DNA of 64,000 nucleotides from Octopus vulgaris (GCA_951406725.2 OX597831.1:21328001-21392000); one strand, 5' to 3'; positions 12,397-25,344 are shown, numbered from the stretch's first letter. The notes: generated by a model from the sequence alone, not told the origin. Translations and numbers: made by a program.

Positions 12397-13385
12397 ATCA
12401 GATGAAAGGATGAGGCTATATGAGCAGAAAACTATGCATGATTATGTTAGCCGAAAGCCCTGAAATTATAGTAACATTGACCATCAAAGCAGTCATGGAC
12501 CAACAGGCGGAATACTACTTTTCAACCTGATGGAGAAAAGCGAAGAGATGAAGGAAATCAGTAAAATGTGACAACCGGTGCAGTCTTTGTGGAGATATCA
12601 CCGAAGATATCATCCACATCATAAGTAGTTTTCCGGAAATGTCATCACGGGATTATCTACTGATTAGGCATGATGTTGTAGCTAGGACACTCTGTAATGA
12701 AATCCATCGGAAGGATAACCCTGACGACAAAGAAATAACAACCCACAGTATGGTAGAAAACATAGCCATTCATTATAGAAATGAATACTGGTGGAATGTA
12801 CAAAGGAAAACCTCAATAAAATGAAGGCACAACAGACCTGATATAATGATTTGGGATAGAGAAGAGAAACTATGTAAATTTGTGGAAATTAGCTGCCCAG
12901 CGGATGTTAACATAAATCTGAAGATCAGTGAAAAAGAAAATACCTATACTGAACTATTCAGAAATTTGCAGTTACTCTATCCCGATTACAAATTCAGGTG
13001 TATACCTGTAATTATTGGGGTCCTGGGATATGTAACACTACCTAAATAACAGTCTTGAGGAATTAGGCTTCTCAAAATTAGAAAAGAGAAACCTAATTCG
13101 AAGACTACAGACCCAATCCATTACTGGAACTAAAATTCTGTAAAACTTTCCAGAAGTTTATCATTCAAATATATATGAGCACGTCTAGATATGCAACTGT
13201 ATGCACGGGAATACATACATAAAGTAAAACATACAAATTTGCATTCATACATACACACATGCAAACGAAAAAATAGTACCCTGTTGCTGGTGTTAAAATT
13301 CCAATGAAGGGGCATTGGATCAAGCTTAGAAACCGACTCTTTCTTTATTGGCTAGAAATTTTGAAATAAAACTAAACACTGACAT
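12397..13385 (+). mobile_element. 3' fragment of a non-LTR retrotransposon with restriction-like endonuclease (R2/R4/Dong-type)
   Basis: Translates to CSLCGDITEDIIHIISSFPEMSSRDYLLIRHDVVA (CCHC-like region plus RHD), HNRPDIMIWDREEKLCKFVEISCPAD (PD-(D/E)xK) and EKENTY..L. Contains stops. Confidence 0.85.
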
Positions 13386-13617
13386 ACACACACACACAAA
13401 CACAGAAAGACACATATATTGAGGAGCGAAAGAGGCACATATTCTTATATATTTAAGATCCCAGGTACCTCCATATGTGGATATGTGCATTTGTATCAGA
13501 TATACACATAGCTACATGCACATCTACATCTAACACTCACCTCATCTTTGTTGCTCTCCCTCTACGTTTACCTGTCACTGTCTCTCTGCCCACACACACA
13601 CAGACACACAGACATGA

Positions 13618-13654
<37 letters not shown>

Positions 13655-14145
13655 GATATACACATATCAAATGTGAATGTATAATATTTGTCACGGATAG
13701 TGTAATATATTGCGAAAACATATCTCATTTCTAGCTAACACCCTGCGTTAAGAAGATTACAACTAATTCCCCAATGCAAGATGTCTGCTACATTATACTG
13801 ACAAACAATTTATATTCAACAAAACAGTGGCTTTTGGTAACAAAAGAAATGAAGTTATATCTATGTTCTATACTACTTTCGAACAACGAAATGGAACTCC
13901 GATAACACTCCTGTAACTTAATGTTACATGTAGGTGTGCAAAAATGTGATAAAATGTACATGCATACTCAACAGTATTAGCTGGATTTCTCTCCTTTTTT
14001 TAAAAATATATGCAACGGAAAAAGAAACTTCTCTTAAGAGAATAATTCTGTTAAATGTACACATGCAAACATACTCATATACCACACACATATATACATG
14101 AATTTATATATGCATGTGTGTGTGCATAAATATATATATATATAC

Positions 14146-14179
<34 letters not shown>

Positions 14180-14180
<1 letters not shown>

Positions 14181-14515
14181 GTGAAGGTGCATGGCTCAGT
14201 GTTTAGAGCGTCGAGCATGCATCAGTTAGATCCTGAGGTTGTGAGTTCAAATCCGGTCCGGGATGCGTGTGGTGTTCTTGAGCAAGACACTTTGATTCAC
14301 GTTGCACCAGTTAAGCACTGGGGTCGATGTAATCGACTTAATCGGTTTGTCTGTCCTTCTATATCCCCTCTGTGTTTAGCCCCTTGTGGGTAGTAAAGAA
14401 ATAGGTATGCATGCGCGAGTGCTGGTCTTTCATAAACAACCTTGCCCGGACTTGTGCCTGGGTGGGTAATTTTCTAGGTGCAGTGTCATGGTCAGTCATG
14501 ACCGAAGGGGATCTC
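14180..14515 (+). mobile_element. SINE family C copy with a family A tail segment (~14310-14407) replacing its middle
   Basis: Head and end match 8507-8840; the middle matches the family A tail. Confidence 0.75.
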
Positions 14516-14519
14516 AGCA

Positions 14520-14746
14520 TCTATGTTTGATCTTTAGCTCCTACACGCAATTTTTTTTCTCTCCTTGTTTCTTTTCTGTGTATCTTTCTGTCGAAGAGCG
14601 TAGGCTCGAAACGTAAAAGACTTGTTTTATTTCTATTCCGGAGCGCCATACTAATACATTGTTTGTTTGTACTCCACCTGCCTTCGTCCTTTGTTTATTT
14701 TCGTAAACCTGCCTTCGTCTTTTGTTTATTTTCGTAAACCTTCCCG

Positions 14747-14750
<4 letters not shown>
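14520..14750 (+). mobile_element. Repeat family H copy with hammerhead-like motif (14583-14620)
   Basis: TCTTT-CTGTCGAA-GAGC GTAG GCTC-GAAA-CG-TA-AAAGA. A 31-bp tandem duplication lies near the 3' end, and the element ends in (TA)n. Confidence 0.7.
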
Positions 14751-14795
<45 letters not shown>

Positions 14796-15089
14796 ATATA
14801 TGTACAGTTGTTAAAGAGGACGACAAACTTGAAGGCAAGGCAAACATCTCGAGTCATATACATTTTTAATATTGGAAATGTTTGCCTTGCCTAAAAATGT
14901 GTTGCCCTCCCTAACAGTTATATATACGCTATGTCAGATCTCTGCAATGGCTCCATAACTACCTTCTCGGCTACACCGTTGAGCCCTAGTAATACGTTAC
15001 AGCACTTTCCTAGCGAACCTAATCTTTTAGATCACCTGTGACCTAAAGCCCATGTTCTGTACACACACGCACACACACACACGGGGCGA

Positions 15090-15360
15090 GCAAAGACTTG
15101 TAAAGAAGACTGTCGTATATATTATATGTATATATTTATGCGTGTGTCTGTCTGGATGTGTTTGTCCCCACCACCATCGCTTGAGAACCAATGTTGGTGT
15201 GTTTACGTTTCCGTCACTTAGCCGAACCGCTAAGTACTTAAGATAAGTACTAAGCTTACAAGAAGTTACTTCTGAAGTCGATTGCTTCGATTAAACACCT
15301 TCCAATGCGGTGTTCAAGCATGACCGCAGTCAAAATCACTGGAACAAGTAAAGGAAGAAA
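15090..15360 (+). mobile_element. Degenerate SINE family B fragment
   Basis: CATCGCTTGAGAACCAATGTTGGTGTGTTTACG...CAAGCATGACCGCAGTCAAA. Confidence 0.7.
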
Positions 15361-15413
15361 AATTTTTTTTCCCAGAATAGTCACAAATCGTGAGCTGAAA
15401 CTAATTCAGTTCA

Positions 15414-15416
<3 letters not shown>

Positions 15417-15446
<30 letters not shown>

Positions 15447-15848
15447 TGTATGTATGTATGTATGTATGTATGTATGTATGTATGTATGTATGTATGTATG
15501 TATGTATGCATGTATGTATGTATGTATGTATGTATGTATGTATGTATGTATGTATGTATGTATGTATTTGTATGTATGTATGTATGTATGTATGTATGTA
15601 TGAATGTATGTATGCATGTATGTATTATGTATGTATGTATGTATGTATGTATGTATGTATGTACGTATGTATGTATGTATGTATGTATGTATGTATGTAT
15701 GTATGTATGTATGTATGTATGTATGCATGCATGTATTATGTATGTATGTATGAATGTATGTATGTATGTATGTATGTATGTATGTACGTATGTATGTATG
15801 TATGTATGTATGTATGTATGTATGTATGTATGTATGAATGTATGTATG

Positions 15849-15880
<32 letters not shown>

Positions 15881-16055
15881 TGTATGTATGTATGTATGTA
15901 TGTATGTATGTATGTATGTATGTACGTACGTACGTATGTATGTATGTATGTATGTATCCATGTATGCATGTATGTATGTATGTACGTACGTACGTATGTA
16001 TGTATGCATGTATGTATGTTTGTATGTATGTATGTATGTATGTATGTATGTATGT
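15417..16055. repeat. (TATG)n microsatellite, ~640 bp
   Basis: Direct reading; source of the MYVC/HTYI ORFs. Confidence 0.97.
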
Positions 16056-16170
16056 ACAAGACATTGTAGATCTTTAGCTGGGCTAAAAAGTCACATTCGA
16101 TCACAGCACCAGTAACAGTTAAGCTTCGTGCAATGACCATACTCGATAACGAGGGGGCAGCCATAATAAT
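16055..16170 (+). mobile_element. RTE-clade LINE extreme 3' end
   Basis: RHCRSLAGLKSHIRSQHQ* resembles the C-terminal C2H2-like motif of RTE ORFs. It is followed by a short UTR with a CTCG..CGAG hairpin and a (TAA) tail. Confidence 0.55.
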
Positions 16171-16214
16171 GTATGTATGTATGTTCGTATGTATTCATAT
16201 AAGAATGGATCAAT

Positions 16215-16250
<36 letters not shown>

Positions 16251-16844
16251 GGGTGTGAATTTGATAACTTGTATATTCATTCTGAAAACTTTGCGGCAGA
16301 TTTGAACTCAAATATCCCATGCATTCCTCATCGGAGAAAAGATTCTCCTTTACGAAGACTATGTGCTCAATCGTACAAGGGATTCTGGGATACTAGTAAT
16401 TTTGGATACAAGTCAGGTAGAAAACCCAAGCGCTGTATTCAGTTTAGAAAAGAAAAGAGCCCCTTCACCTTAGTGACTGTTTCGTATTCTATCTGAAAAG
16501 GAAGAAGCTTAAATAAGTCCTAAAACACATGCGCGTACACAGATACATATGTTCATATAAATATATATGCATGTGTTCTGTGAGTGAGAAACGTGTTGCT
16601 AGACATACTTTGAAGAACGTACAATTCATACTTGATCTATCATACTCATGTCTGACATGAATAACGACTGAAATGTTGGTAGCGTTGGAAATGGTGGTGG
16701 GTGTTTCTAGGAAATCGTTGATTGATACGTTGATGAACAATATTGAAGATGACGTAACTTCATTAAATCTTGCATTAATTAACTACACAAATCTCTCCCC
16801 CTCTATCTATATAAATATATGTCTGCGCGTCTTTCGGTATCTAG

Positions 16845-16879
<35 letters not shown>

Positions 16880-16885
16880 TCTATA

Positions 16886-16930
<45 letters not shown>

Positions 16931-16931
16931 C

Positions 16932-17002
<71 letters not shown>

Positions 17003-17510
17003 ATCTATCTATCTATCTAGCTAGCTAGCTAGCTATTTGGGGATGGCTATAAAGCTAGCATCTTAGATAAATGTAGAGAAGTGATGTAGATATCATTAAT
17101 AAAACATTAATATGGATAGAAATATCAAATAAACTGTTCGTCTTTTTTCTTTTAAATTTCAATGTAGATCTACACGCATACACAAATATATACGAACATA
17201 CATTCCCAAATATATAATAAACACACATACATGTATATTTATAAATATATACACACACATGCACGCGTAACGTATATATATGCACACACACACATATACA
17301 GTTGATGCACACATACATATATAAATTTTATTCTTTTCGTTCATATCTATGTTTGATAATATGAAATAATAAACATATCAATCCACTCTAAACGATACGT
17401 TGTGTTCTTCGCCAAATAATATTCGCCCTACATAAAACATATGGTAATATACTTTACCACTTTTGCGTTATGACAATTATGACGCAAGCACACATACACA
17501 CACACACTCT

Positions 17511-17544
<34 letters not shown>

Positions 17545-18001
17545 CACACACACACACGCACGCACCAGAACAGTTTGTCTATGAAGGTATCGCCCCGGTG
17601 GTAATAAAACTTAGAGTAACGATGTGAATTCCTCACAACCCAAATATGCCCAACGTGAACAGATCAACAGAAATATCTCTCCAGCAAGATAAATGAGAAA
17701 ATTGTCAAGAAAGTCGCCATTTTCCTAAGTAGATGTCCCGCTGTTTAAATTGATTAGCTATGGCTATTTAACCGTATAATATATACAACAACTATGTTAA
17801 ACGCCCGGTTGCATGTCGTTAAAGTCCACGAATCTATAGTAGGTGTCAACATATCTGGTTGCCGTGAAGATTATACGTTTATACGGCTGTATAGTATAGA
17901 AGACAAACGGGTCTGATTTAAAGTAGATAGATTGATAACGAGCAATATAATGAGGGTCGAGATGTATAGTCTGTAACACTGTGGTGGTAATAGTTTGTCA
18001 A

Positions 18002-18340
18002 GGAGGCAAGCTAGCAGAAACGTTTAGCACGGTCTGAAATCTTGGGGGAAGGGACCAGTCAATAATATAGATCCCAGTGTTTCATTTATCGACCCCGAAA
18101 GTATGAAAGCGAAGTCGATCTCGGCGGAATTTGAAATCAGAACGAAGTGGCAGACGAAATGCTCTTTTCTACTCTAGGCACACGGCCCGAAATTTTTTGT
18201 GGTAGGGGTTCAGTCGATTAGATCGATCCCAGTACTTAATTTACCAGCCCCGAAAGGATGAAAGGCAAACTCGACCTTGGCGGAATTTGAACTCAGAACA
18301 TAAAGACAGACCATATACCGCTAAGCATTTCTCCCTGCAC
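18002..18340 (-). mobile_element. SINE family A (tail variant 2) tandem dimer on the minus strand, with a short plus-strand head at 18002
   Basis: Two GACCCCGAAAG.ATGAAAG..AAGTCGA-like units joined at ~18161. Confidence 0.75.
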
Positions 18341-19620
18341 AGGTATCAACACTCTAGCCGTCCCAGTTATAATTTACAGCTACAGTGCCTTATCTGGGCT
18401 CTAAATTAATTAATAAAAATAGACAGGAAAACAAGAAAAATAATGACAGAATTTAGGATGCACCACCGAAAACCTGACATAGAAAGGTTATATATACAAC
18501 GTATTGAATGTGGTAGAGGCCTTATACGGCTAGAAAACTATAACAAAATAACCACCATAAGATACCTACATGAGAAGAAAGGAAAACTAATACAAAGAGC
18601 CACAAAACATGAACAAAGCGAAAAACTGTGTTCAGTATTTAAGGAAGCTGACAAATACAAAACAGAAGTCATAGTACCTAACAGCTATGAAAAGAAAAAG
18701 AAGAAACGACAAAAGCTGTAAAACTACTGAAATCCAAAAGTAAAACTGGGGCAATAACGAATCATGATAAAACGATGGCAAGGAAAGCCCCTTCATGACA
18801 AATATTGGGTTAAACTAAACAGAAAAGAAATGCACAAAGCAAAATTCCAACAATGACTGACGAGCTCAGGACTCAAAACAGAGACTGAAGAATTTTTTAT
18901 TGCAGCACAAGATTAAAGCCTTCCCACCAGAAATTATCAAAAAACATGTAATGAAAAGAAATACATGTAACTGCAGAATATGTGGAGAAGAAACAATAAA
19001 TCATATTGTCTTTGGCTAAGAACAAATATATTCACAGACACGACAGTGTTGGGATCTATATACACTGGAAGCTACGCCAGCACTGTGAAAGATCAACAGC
19101 AAAAAGATGGTATAGGCACACACCAGAAAAGGTCACAGAAAATGAGAAAGCAACCATACTATGGGATATGCCAATACTCACAGATAGAGAAATTAAGGCG
19201 AATAGGCCAGATACAGTTGTCAGAGATTATCAAGAAAAACTGGTCTTCTAATCGTTGTATCAATACCAACAGAGGACATTTCTAAAAGAAATGGAGAAAC
19301 TTTCAAAATACAAAAACCTAGAAATAGAGGTAACTCGAAAGCGGAGTCTAAAAACAGAAACAACTCCTATAATAAACGCATTAGGTATGATAAAAAAAAA
19401 AAATTCAGACAAATACATAAAAAAAAATCACCAGGACTAACAAGTATATATAATACAGAAAATAGCAGTACTAGGCAGGGCAGAAATCCTACGTAAAACA
19501 CTTTCAATACAGTAAAAATAAGGACATCACAACAAACCACAGCACATACCCAAGGAACACAGACCTGCACTTGGTAGTGCAGTGAAAACACGTGATAGAA
19601 ATAAGACTACTGAATAATAA
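18340..19620 (+). mobile_element. R4/Dong-like non-LTR retrotransposon 3' fragment
   Basis: Translates to MHHRKPDIERLYIQRIECGRGL, LKTETEEFFIAAQD, CRICGEETINHIV, YIHRHDSVG, ILWD...NRPDTVV and EKLSKYKNLEIE. Ends in (AAT)n/(AAC)n. Confidence 0.88.
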
Positions 19621-19674
19621 TAATAAAAACAACAACAACAACGACAACAACAACAACAAAAGCAACAACAAAAG

Positions 19675-19705
<31 letters not shown>

Positions 19706-19719
19706 AATAATAATAATAG

Positions 19720-19864
19720 ACATTCACTAGTACAACACTAAATACAAGACCAAATATATGGCACACTAGGCATAACAACATGAACTTCCAACTTGTTGTC
19801 TCTTGAGGTCTCTGGGTGAGACTTGGAGCCAACTTATACAAATGTAAAGTAAAAGTCAAACATA

Positions 19865-19870
<6 letters not shown>
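19720..19870 (+). mobile_element. Probable 3' UTR fragment of another LINE ending in (AAT)n
   Basis: Unique segment between AAT arrays with GAGGTCTCTGGGTGAGACTT hairpin. No coding evidence. Confidence 0.4.
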
Positions 19871-19934
<64 letters not shown>

Positions 19935-20199
19935 TAATAATAATAATAATAATAATTCCTTATTGACATATGCATCTGATCACGAGCAGAAGTATGGAGC
20001 ATCATATGTTGAGAGGATGCTTTGTTGAATAGTCACCTTAAACATGGTGTCTTTCAACATCCTTAAACAACCTTATTCGGGAATAATAATAATAATAATA
20101 ATGCATGTCCTGGTGTCCTTTATCAGCGGGTAGTCAATGGGTATTGGCTTTGTATATTTACCCCAGTGTCATTTATGATAATACTAATAATAATAATTT

Positions 20200-20410
20200 T
20201 GTTGCTATAGGTGCAAGGCCTGGAATGCGTGGGGAGCGGGTTGGTCGATCACATACAGCCCAGTACCAGGCTGGTTTTTAATTTAACAACCCCGAAAGAA
20301 TGAAAGGCAAAATCGTTTTTCGGTGGAATTTAACTCAGAATGTGAAAACAGACGAAAGACCGCTAGGCATTTTGTCCGGCTTGCCAACCATGTTGCCAGC
20401 TCGCTACCTT
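20200..20410 (-). mobile_element. SINE family A copy (tail variant 2)
   Basis: Reverse complement of the family A head and central domain. Confidence 0.75.
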
Positions 20411-20484
20411 TAGCCCAATGTTAATTTGATGAAATACGCTGCTCTCAAATAATAATAATAATAATAACAACAGCAATAATAATT

Positions 20485-21000
20485 CCCAGATGCAGTAGTT
20501 GGTAGTGTCTCTCATGGCTTCTCATTTTAACTGATTGAAAGTGTTATGTACGTTGTTTTGTTTTCGTATAAATCCATGGCTACAACAAATGCTCTGCTCA
20601 ATACAATAGATTTGCTTATCAGTTGTTTGACCTTAATCAGTTGGGCATGTCCCTTCGTGACTAGGGGAGCATCATAGCCATGTGTTGAGAGATATTCTTT
20701 CGTGTTTGAATAATTCACCTCTGGAGTCTTGGATGCTTTGTTCAACATCCTTAATGAAACCTTATTCAAGGACCCTTTGAGTGGGATGGGCTACACGACC
20801 TGAAGAACATTCTAACAGCGCCCCGCTTGCAAGGTCATGTACTGTTTATCTTGATATGAATACACCATGTCGCGCACATATGGTTATGATGCATGTGCCT
20901 GCCTGGTGTACCCTTATCAGTCGGGGAGCCATGATGGGTAAACTAGGCTTCGTATATTTTACTCCAGTGTCACTTTATGGCATACACTGCTCTCTCACAG
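20485..21000 (-). mobile_element. Dispersed repeat family E (LINE-tail or SINE-like), embedded in (AAT)n
   Basis: Homologous to 33835-34075 (+) and to fragments at 19955-20180. Confidence 0.65.
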
Positions 21001-21037
21001 AATAATAATAACAACAACAACAGCAACAACAACAATG

Positions 21038-21103
<66 letters not shown>

Positions 21104-21619
21104 GTTTCCAATTTCGGCACTGGGCCAGCATCATCTGGGAAGGGCTAAGTCGGTTGCATCGAATTCATAACTCAGAGAACCGGTGCGTTCCATCGGATGA
21201 GTCAACTACTGCGCCGTGTTGTGGTATAATTAGACATGAAGAAATTTAGAAGGGATTGAAAGAAGCTTACCTTTTGTTTAGCATGTATTTGTAAACCTAG
21301 CCAACCTTCCCAAGCTGTAGTGAGGTATAAAACACCGACAGTAACATTCGGTATTGAGTCAAAGATAGAGAAATGACATCCGGTGAAGGAGAGAAACACA
21401 GAGAGAGAGGGTAGAGAGGAAGAAAGACAGAGGGAAAAAGGAGGAAAAAAAGGAGAGAGGATTGAGAGATATAGATAGATAGAGAGAAAGAGAGAAGGGG
21501 AGAGAGAGAGCGTGCGGAACGGAGGGGCAGAGAGTAGGGAGGTGGAGATAAGGTAAGATAAGAAAATGAAATCTTCCTAAAAACCGGTGATGTCACGTGA
21601 GATATAGGTGGGTAAAGGT

Positions 21620-22175
21620 ATTGGTGTTGGTGTTGGAGGTGGTGGTGTTGGTTGTCGCGATAAAGGTAATGTGGCTGTGATGGGAATGGAGGTGTTGTAA
21701 TAGTGATACCGGTGGTTGTAATGGCATTGTTCGGTATAGTAGCGATGGTGATGGTGGAAGTGGTCGCGATGGTGGTAATGGTAGTGTTGGTCGTGTTAGT
21801 GATTGTTTTTGATTGCGGTGGTTGTGGTGGTGTTCGAAGTGTTCTGAGTGGTAGCAGTGGTGGTGGCAGTAGTGATGGTGGAGCTGGTGGTAGTGATGAT
21901 TGTACTATTGGCAGTGTTGTTGTTGTGGTTGTTGTTACTGGTGGTGGTGGTGGTGGTAGTGGTGGAAGCGGTGTCGTTACTGGTGGCGGTGGTCGTTGTG
22001 GTATTGGTACTGGTAGTGGTGGTTGTGAACGGTGGTGGTATCGGTTCTATTAGCGCTGAGTGTTGTGGTTGTAGTAGTTGTAAGGGTGGTATTAATAACC
22101 GAAGGTGGTGGCGGTTGCGACAGCAGTGGTTGCAATGGTGTTAGTGGCGGCGGCGGCGGCGGCGGCGGCGGTATT
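21620..22175. repeat. GGT/GTT/GGC-rich degenerate trinucleotide low-complexity region
   Basis: Direct reading of the sequence. Confidence 0.85.
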
Positions 22176-22335
22176 GTTGGCAGTTCGTGGCCCGATTGTT
22201 GCGAAGAGAAATAACGATTCATTCTGATATTTGAAATACATAAAGTTGAAAACCAAACCATTGTTCATAGATACTTTCAAAGATACACACATACACATAC
22301 ACATACATCAAAGACAAGCAAAGATACACACATAA

Positions 22336-22373
<38 letters not shown>

Positions 22374-22832
22374 ACACCAAAGCAAGTTATGTACATCTCT
22401 ATGACAGACAGTGCTGCTTTAAAAATCTATAGATATTACGCTATAGTACAATATACCTCGGAAATGGAACGGCAATACCAGCGAAACCATCTACTTGTAA
22501 CTAACATATAATTTAATCATAGAACTAGTTGCCAAGTATATGTTATATATGCAAATTACTGTTATTTAATTTACTTTAGCGTTTACTAATAGTGGATGGA
22601 TTTTGATTATTTCTGTGTGGACAAAGGAAAGAGGGTACTTTGGCGGCTAATGAAACTTTCACCTATGATGGAAACATGTATGACTGGTGTCTCTATTAAG
22701 TCTGCGCAGATATTGCACATAAAGAAAATGTGTTTACATCTGTACGTACGTATGCATGTACTTGTGTGTGTATGTATATATATGTATGTGTGCATATGTA
22801 TGTATGTGTGTATGGGTATATATATATATATA

Positions 22833-22884
22833 TATGTATTGAGTACCTTATTTACTGTGGTTAACCCCGACTCAATCCGGGACC

Positions 22885-22944
<60 letters not shown>

Positions 22945-22996
22945 GGTCCCGGATTGAGTCGGGGTTAACCACAGTAAATAAGGTACTCAATACATA
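22833..22996. repeat. Perfect 164-bp palindrome: 56-bp arms around (TA)26
   Basis: 22833-22888 is the exact reverse complement of 22941-22996. Confidence 0.95.
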
Positions 22997-23071
22997 GCAG
23001 AGTAAATTAATTTATTTTATAGAAGGAGCTTCTACAGGACTAGAACTGTTTCATATATATGTCTGTGTGTA

Positions 23072-23246
23072 GGTGCAGAAGTGGTTGTGTGGTAAGAAGC
23101 TTGCTTCCCAAACACATGGTTCCAGGTTCAGTCTCACTGCGTGGCACCTTCAGAAAGTGTCTTCTACTTACATCCATCCGGGCTTGATCGCATCTACCGG
23201 TTCCCTAGACGGGAACCGCTCGAATCGATGCTGAACGGAGCCCGTC

Positions 23247-23286
<40 letters not shown>

Positions 23287-23318
23287 GTATATATTTATAT
23301 TAATATATATACATACAT

Positions 23319-23365
<47 letters not shown>

Positions 23366-23392
23366 TACATGTATATATTTATATATTTAAAT

Positions 23393-23442
<50 letters not shown>

Positions 23443-23792
23443 TTATACGACGTGGCATCTTAGGCAAGTGTCTTCTACTATAGCCTCGGGCCGACCAAAG
23501 ACTTGTGAGTGGATGTGGTAGATGGAAACTGAAAGAAACCCGTCGTGTATATATATATACCTGTATATGTATGTGTGCGTATATGTCTGTGTCTGTGTTT
23601 GTCTCCTCCTAACATCACTTGACAACCGATGTCGGCAAGATTGCGTCCCTGTAAATTAGCGGTTCGGCAAAGGAGACCGATAGTAAAAGCACTAGGCTTA
23701 CAAAGATTACGTCCTGGAGTTGATTTGCTCGACTAAAGGTGGTGCTCCAGCATGACCAGAGTCAAAATGAGTGAAACATGTAAAAGAATAAA
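23072..23792 (+). mobile_element. SINE family B with internal (TA)n expansion and partial internal duplication
   Basis: Head at 23072, body restarts at 23450 after a TA tract, tail runs to 23792. Confidence 0.8.
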
Positions 23793-23935
23793 ATAATACA
23801 CACACAGACACACACACAGACAGACAGACACAGACAGACAGACACACACACAAACACACACAGACAGACAGACACACACACACACAAACGCATGAATTAA
23901 ACGCAGCTCAAGTATAGCAATTATTTGTTTAACTA

Positions 23936-24332
23936 CATATACTTTGTAACGTATATGCTTTGTGTATTTTTCCGGCGGTTCTAATGACATGGCGGAGTAA
24001 ATTTTGAAAGTGTCGGGTGTTAAAACGCCACAGGATTATAGACAGGCGAGATAACTCTCCTTTAATCCCATACGGGTGTGAGGGACATCGATGTTTTCGT
24101 TTGACTACATCACGTACACACCAGGGTTGAATGTAACTCACCCAATCGTACGATGACTCACGCTGAAATATTAGTGTCCGTCGCATGCTATCGAAGGGGA
24201 GTTACCTTGCCTGTTGTTGACGCTCAGGTGTTTCAATCCCTGGCATTTTGAGAGTGCATATACTTTATCATGCTATTGCAACCTCCGGAAAATACACAAA
24301 ACATATATATATATATATATATACAAAGTATA
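23936..24332. mobile_element. ~400-bp imperfect foldback (palindromic MITE-like element)
   Basis: TTTGTGTATTTTTCCGGCGGTT pairs with AACCTCCGGAAAATACACAAA. ACAGGCGAGATAACTCTCCTT pairs with AAGGGGAGTTACCTTGCCTGT. Pairing continues toward a centre near 24130. Confidence 0.75.
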
Positions 24333-24411
24333 CATACATATAAAATGTATATACATATATATACAAAGTAGATATACATATAATATATGTATATATATAT
24401 ATCTATCTATC

Positions 24412-24445
<34 letters not shown>

Positions 24446-24484
24446 CATAAAAAATACACAAAGTATATATACATACATACACAC

Positions 24485-24539
<55 letters not shown>

Positions 24540-24871
24540 CACATATATATACATAAAAATGGGGTGGCAAATAAACAGACCTACAATCTTCTTTAGGAAT
24601 GAGAATAAGCAGTGATCTTAAACCTTCACAAGGTCCCTGAGACTGGTAAGAGACGGAAAGAATGTATCATCAACCAAAAAACCTAACGTTTCTTAGATCA
24701 TCTCACTGCCATTCATGACAGCATGATATGATCTGAATACAATTTAGTTGTTATTTCTAGCAGATATATGGATCCAGTATGGGATTCTCTCTCTGTGTCC
24801 ATGTAAGAAATATTCAATCACCTATCATTTACGTCATGGTATGGCCAGTCTGGTATTTAATAGCTTTCTTC

Positions 24872-24905
<34 letters not shown>

Positions 24906-24925
24906 CGGTATATCTTTCAGTATGC

Positions 24926-24973
<48 letters not shown>

Positions 24974-25305
24974 ATATATATATACATATATGTGTGTATG
25001 TGTGTTTGTGTATGTATGAATGTATGTAGGCGTGAATATATGTATAGACCTGGTATTGCTTTACCAAGAAAAGTTCATTTGTTTTCGTGATGTAATGATT
25101 ATGCTATTAAGATTCCCGTCTTGTTTTCGCTTCTCTAAGCTTCCATCACGAACATGGCCAAACGACTTCCAATTTTAGTCTCATTATTTCTATATTCTTC
25201 ATTTATCCATGAGGTACAGTTATATACGGTTATATACAGAAACCGTACGTGTTTGCCTCACTCTCTCCCTCGGTCTCTCTCTCCCTCGGTCTCTCTCTCC
25301 CTCGG

Positions 25306-25344
<39 letters not shown>

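Noticed and set aside
13295-13345. CCAATGAAGG...GAAACCG in the LINE 3' UTR as a hammerhead
   Set aside because: Box 1 lacks G5 and no convincing stems I, II or III form.
15305-16164. Long MYVC/HTYI ORFs (also at 37265-38285)
   Set aside because: (TATG)n has no stop codons in most frames.
21977-22223. Minus-strand Pro/Thr-rich frame after a CAG acceptor (similar case at 1641-1728)
   Set aside because: The frame is dominated by trinucleotide repeats and could be open by chance.
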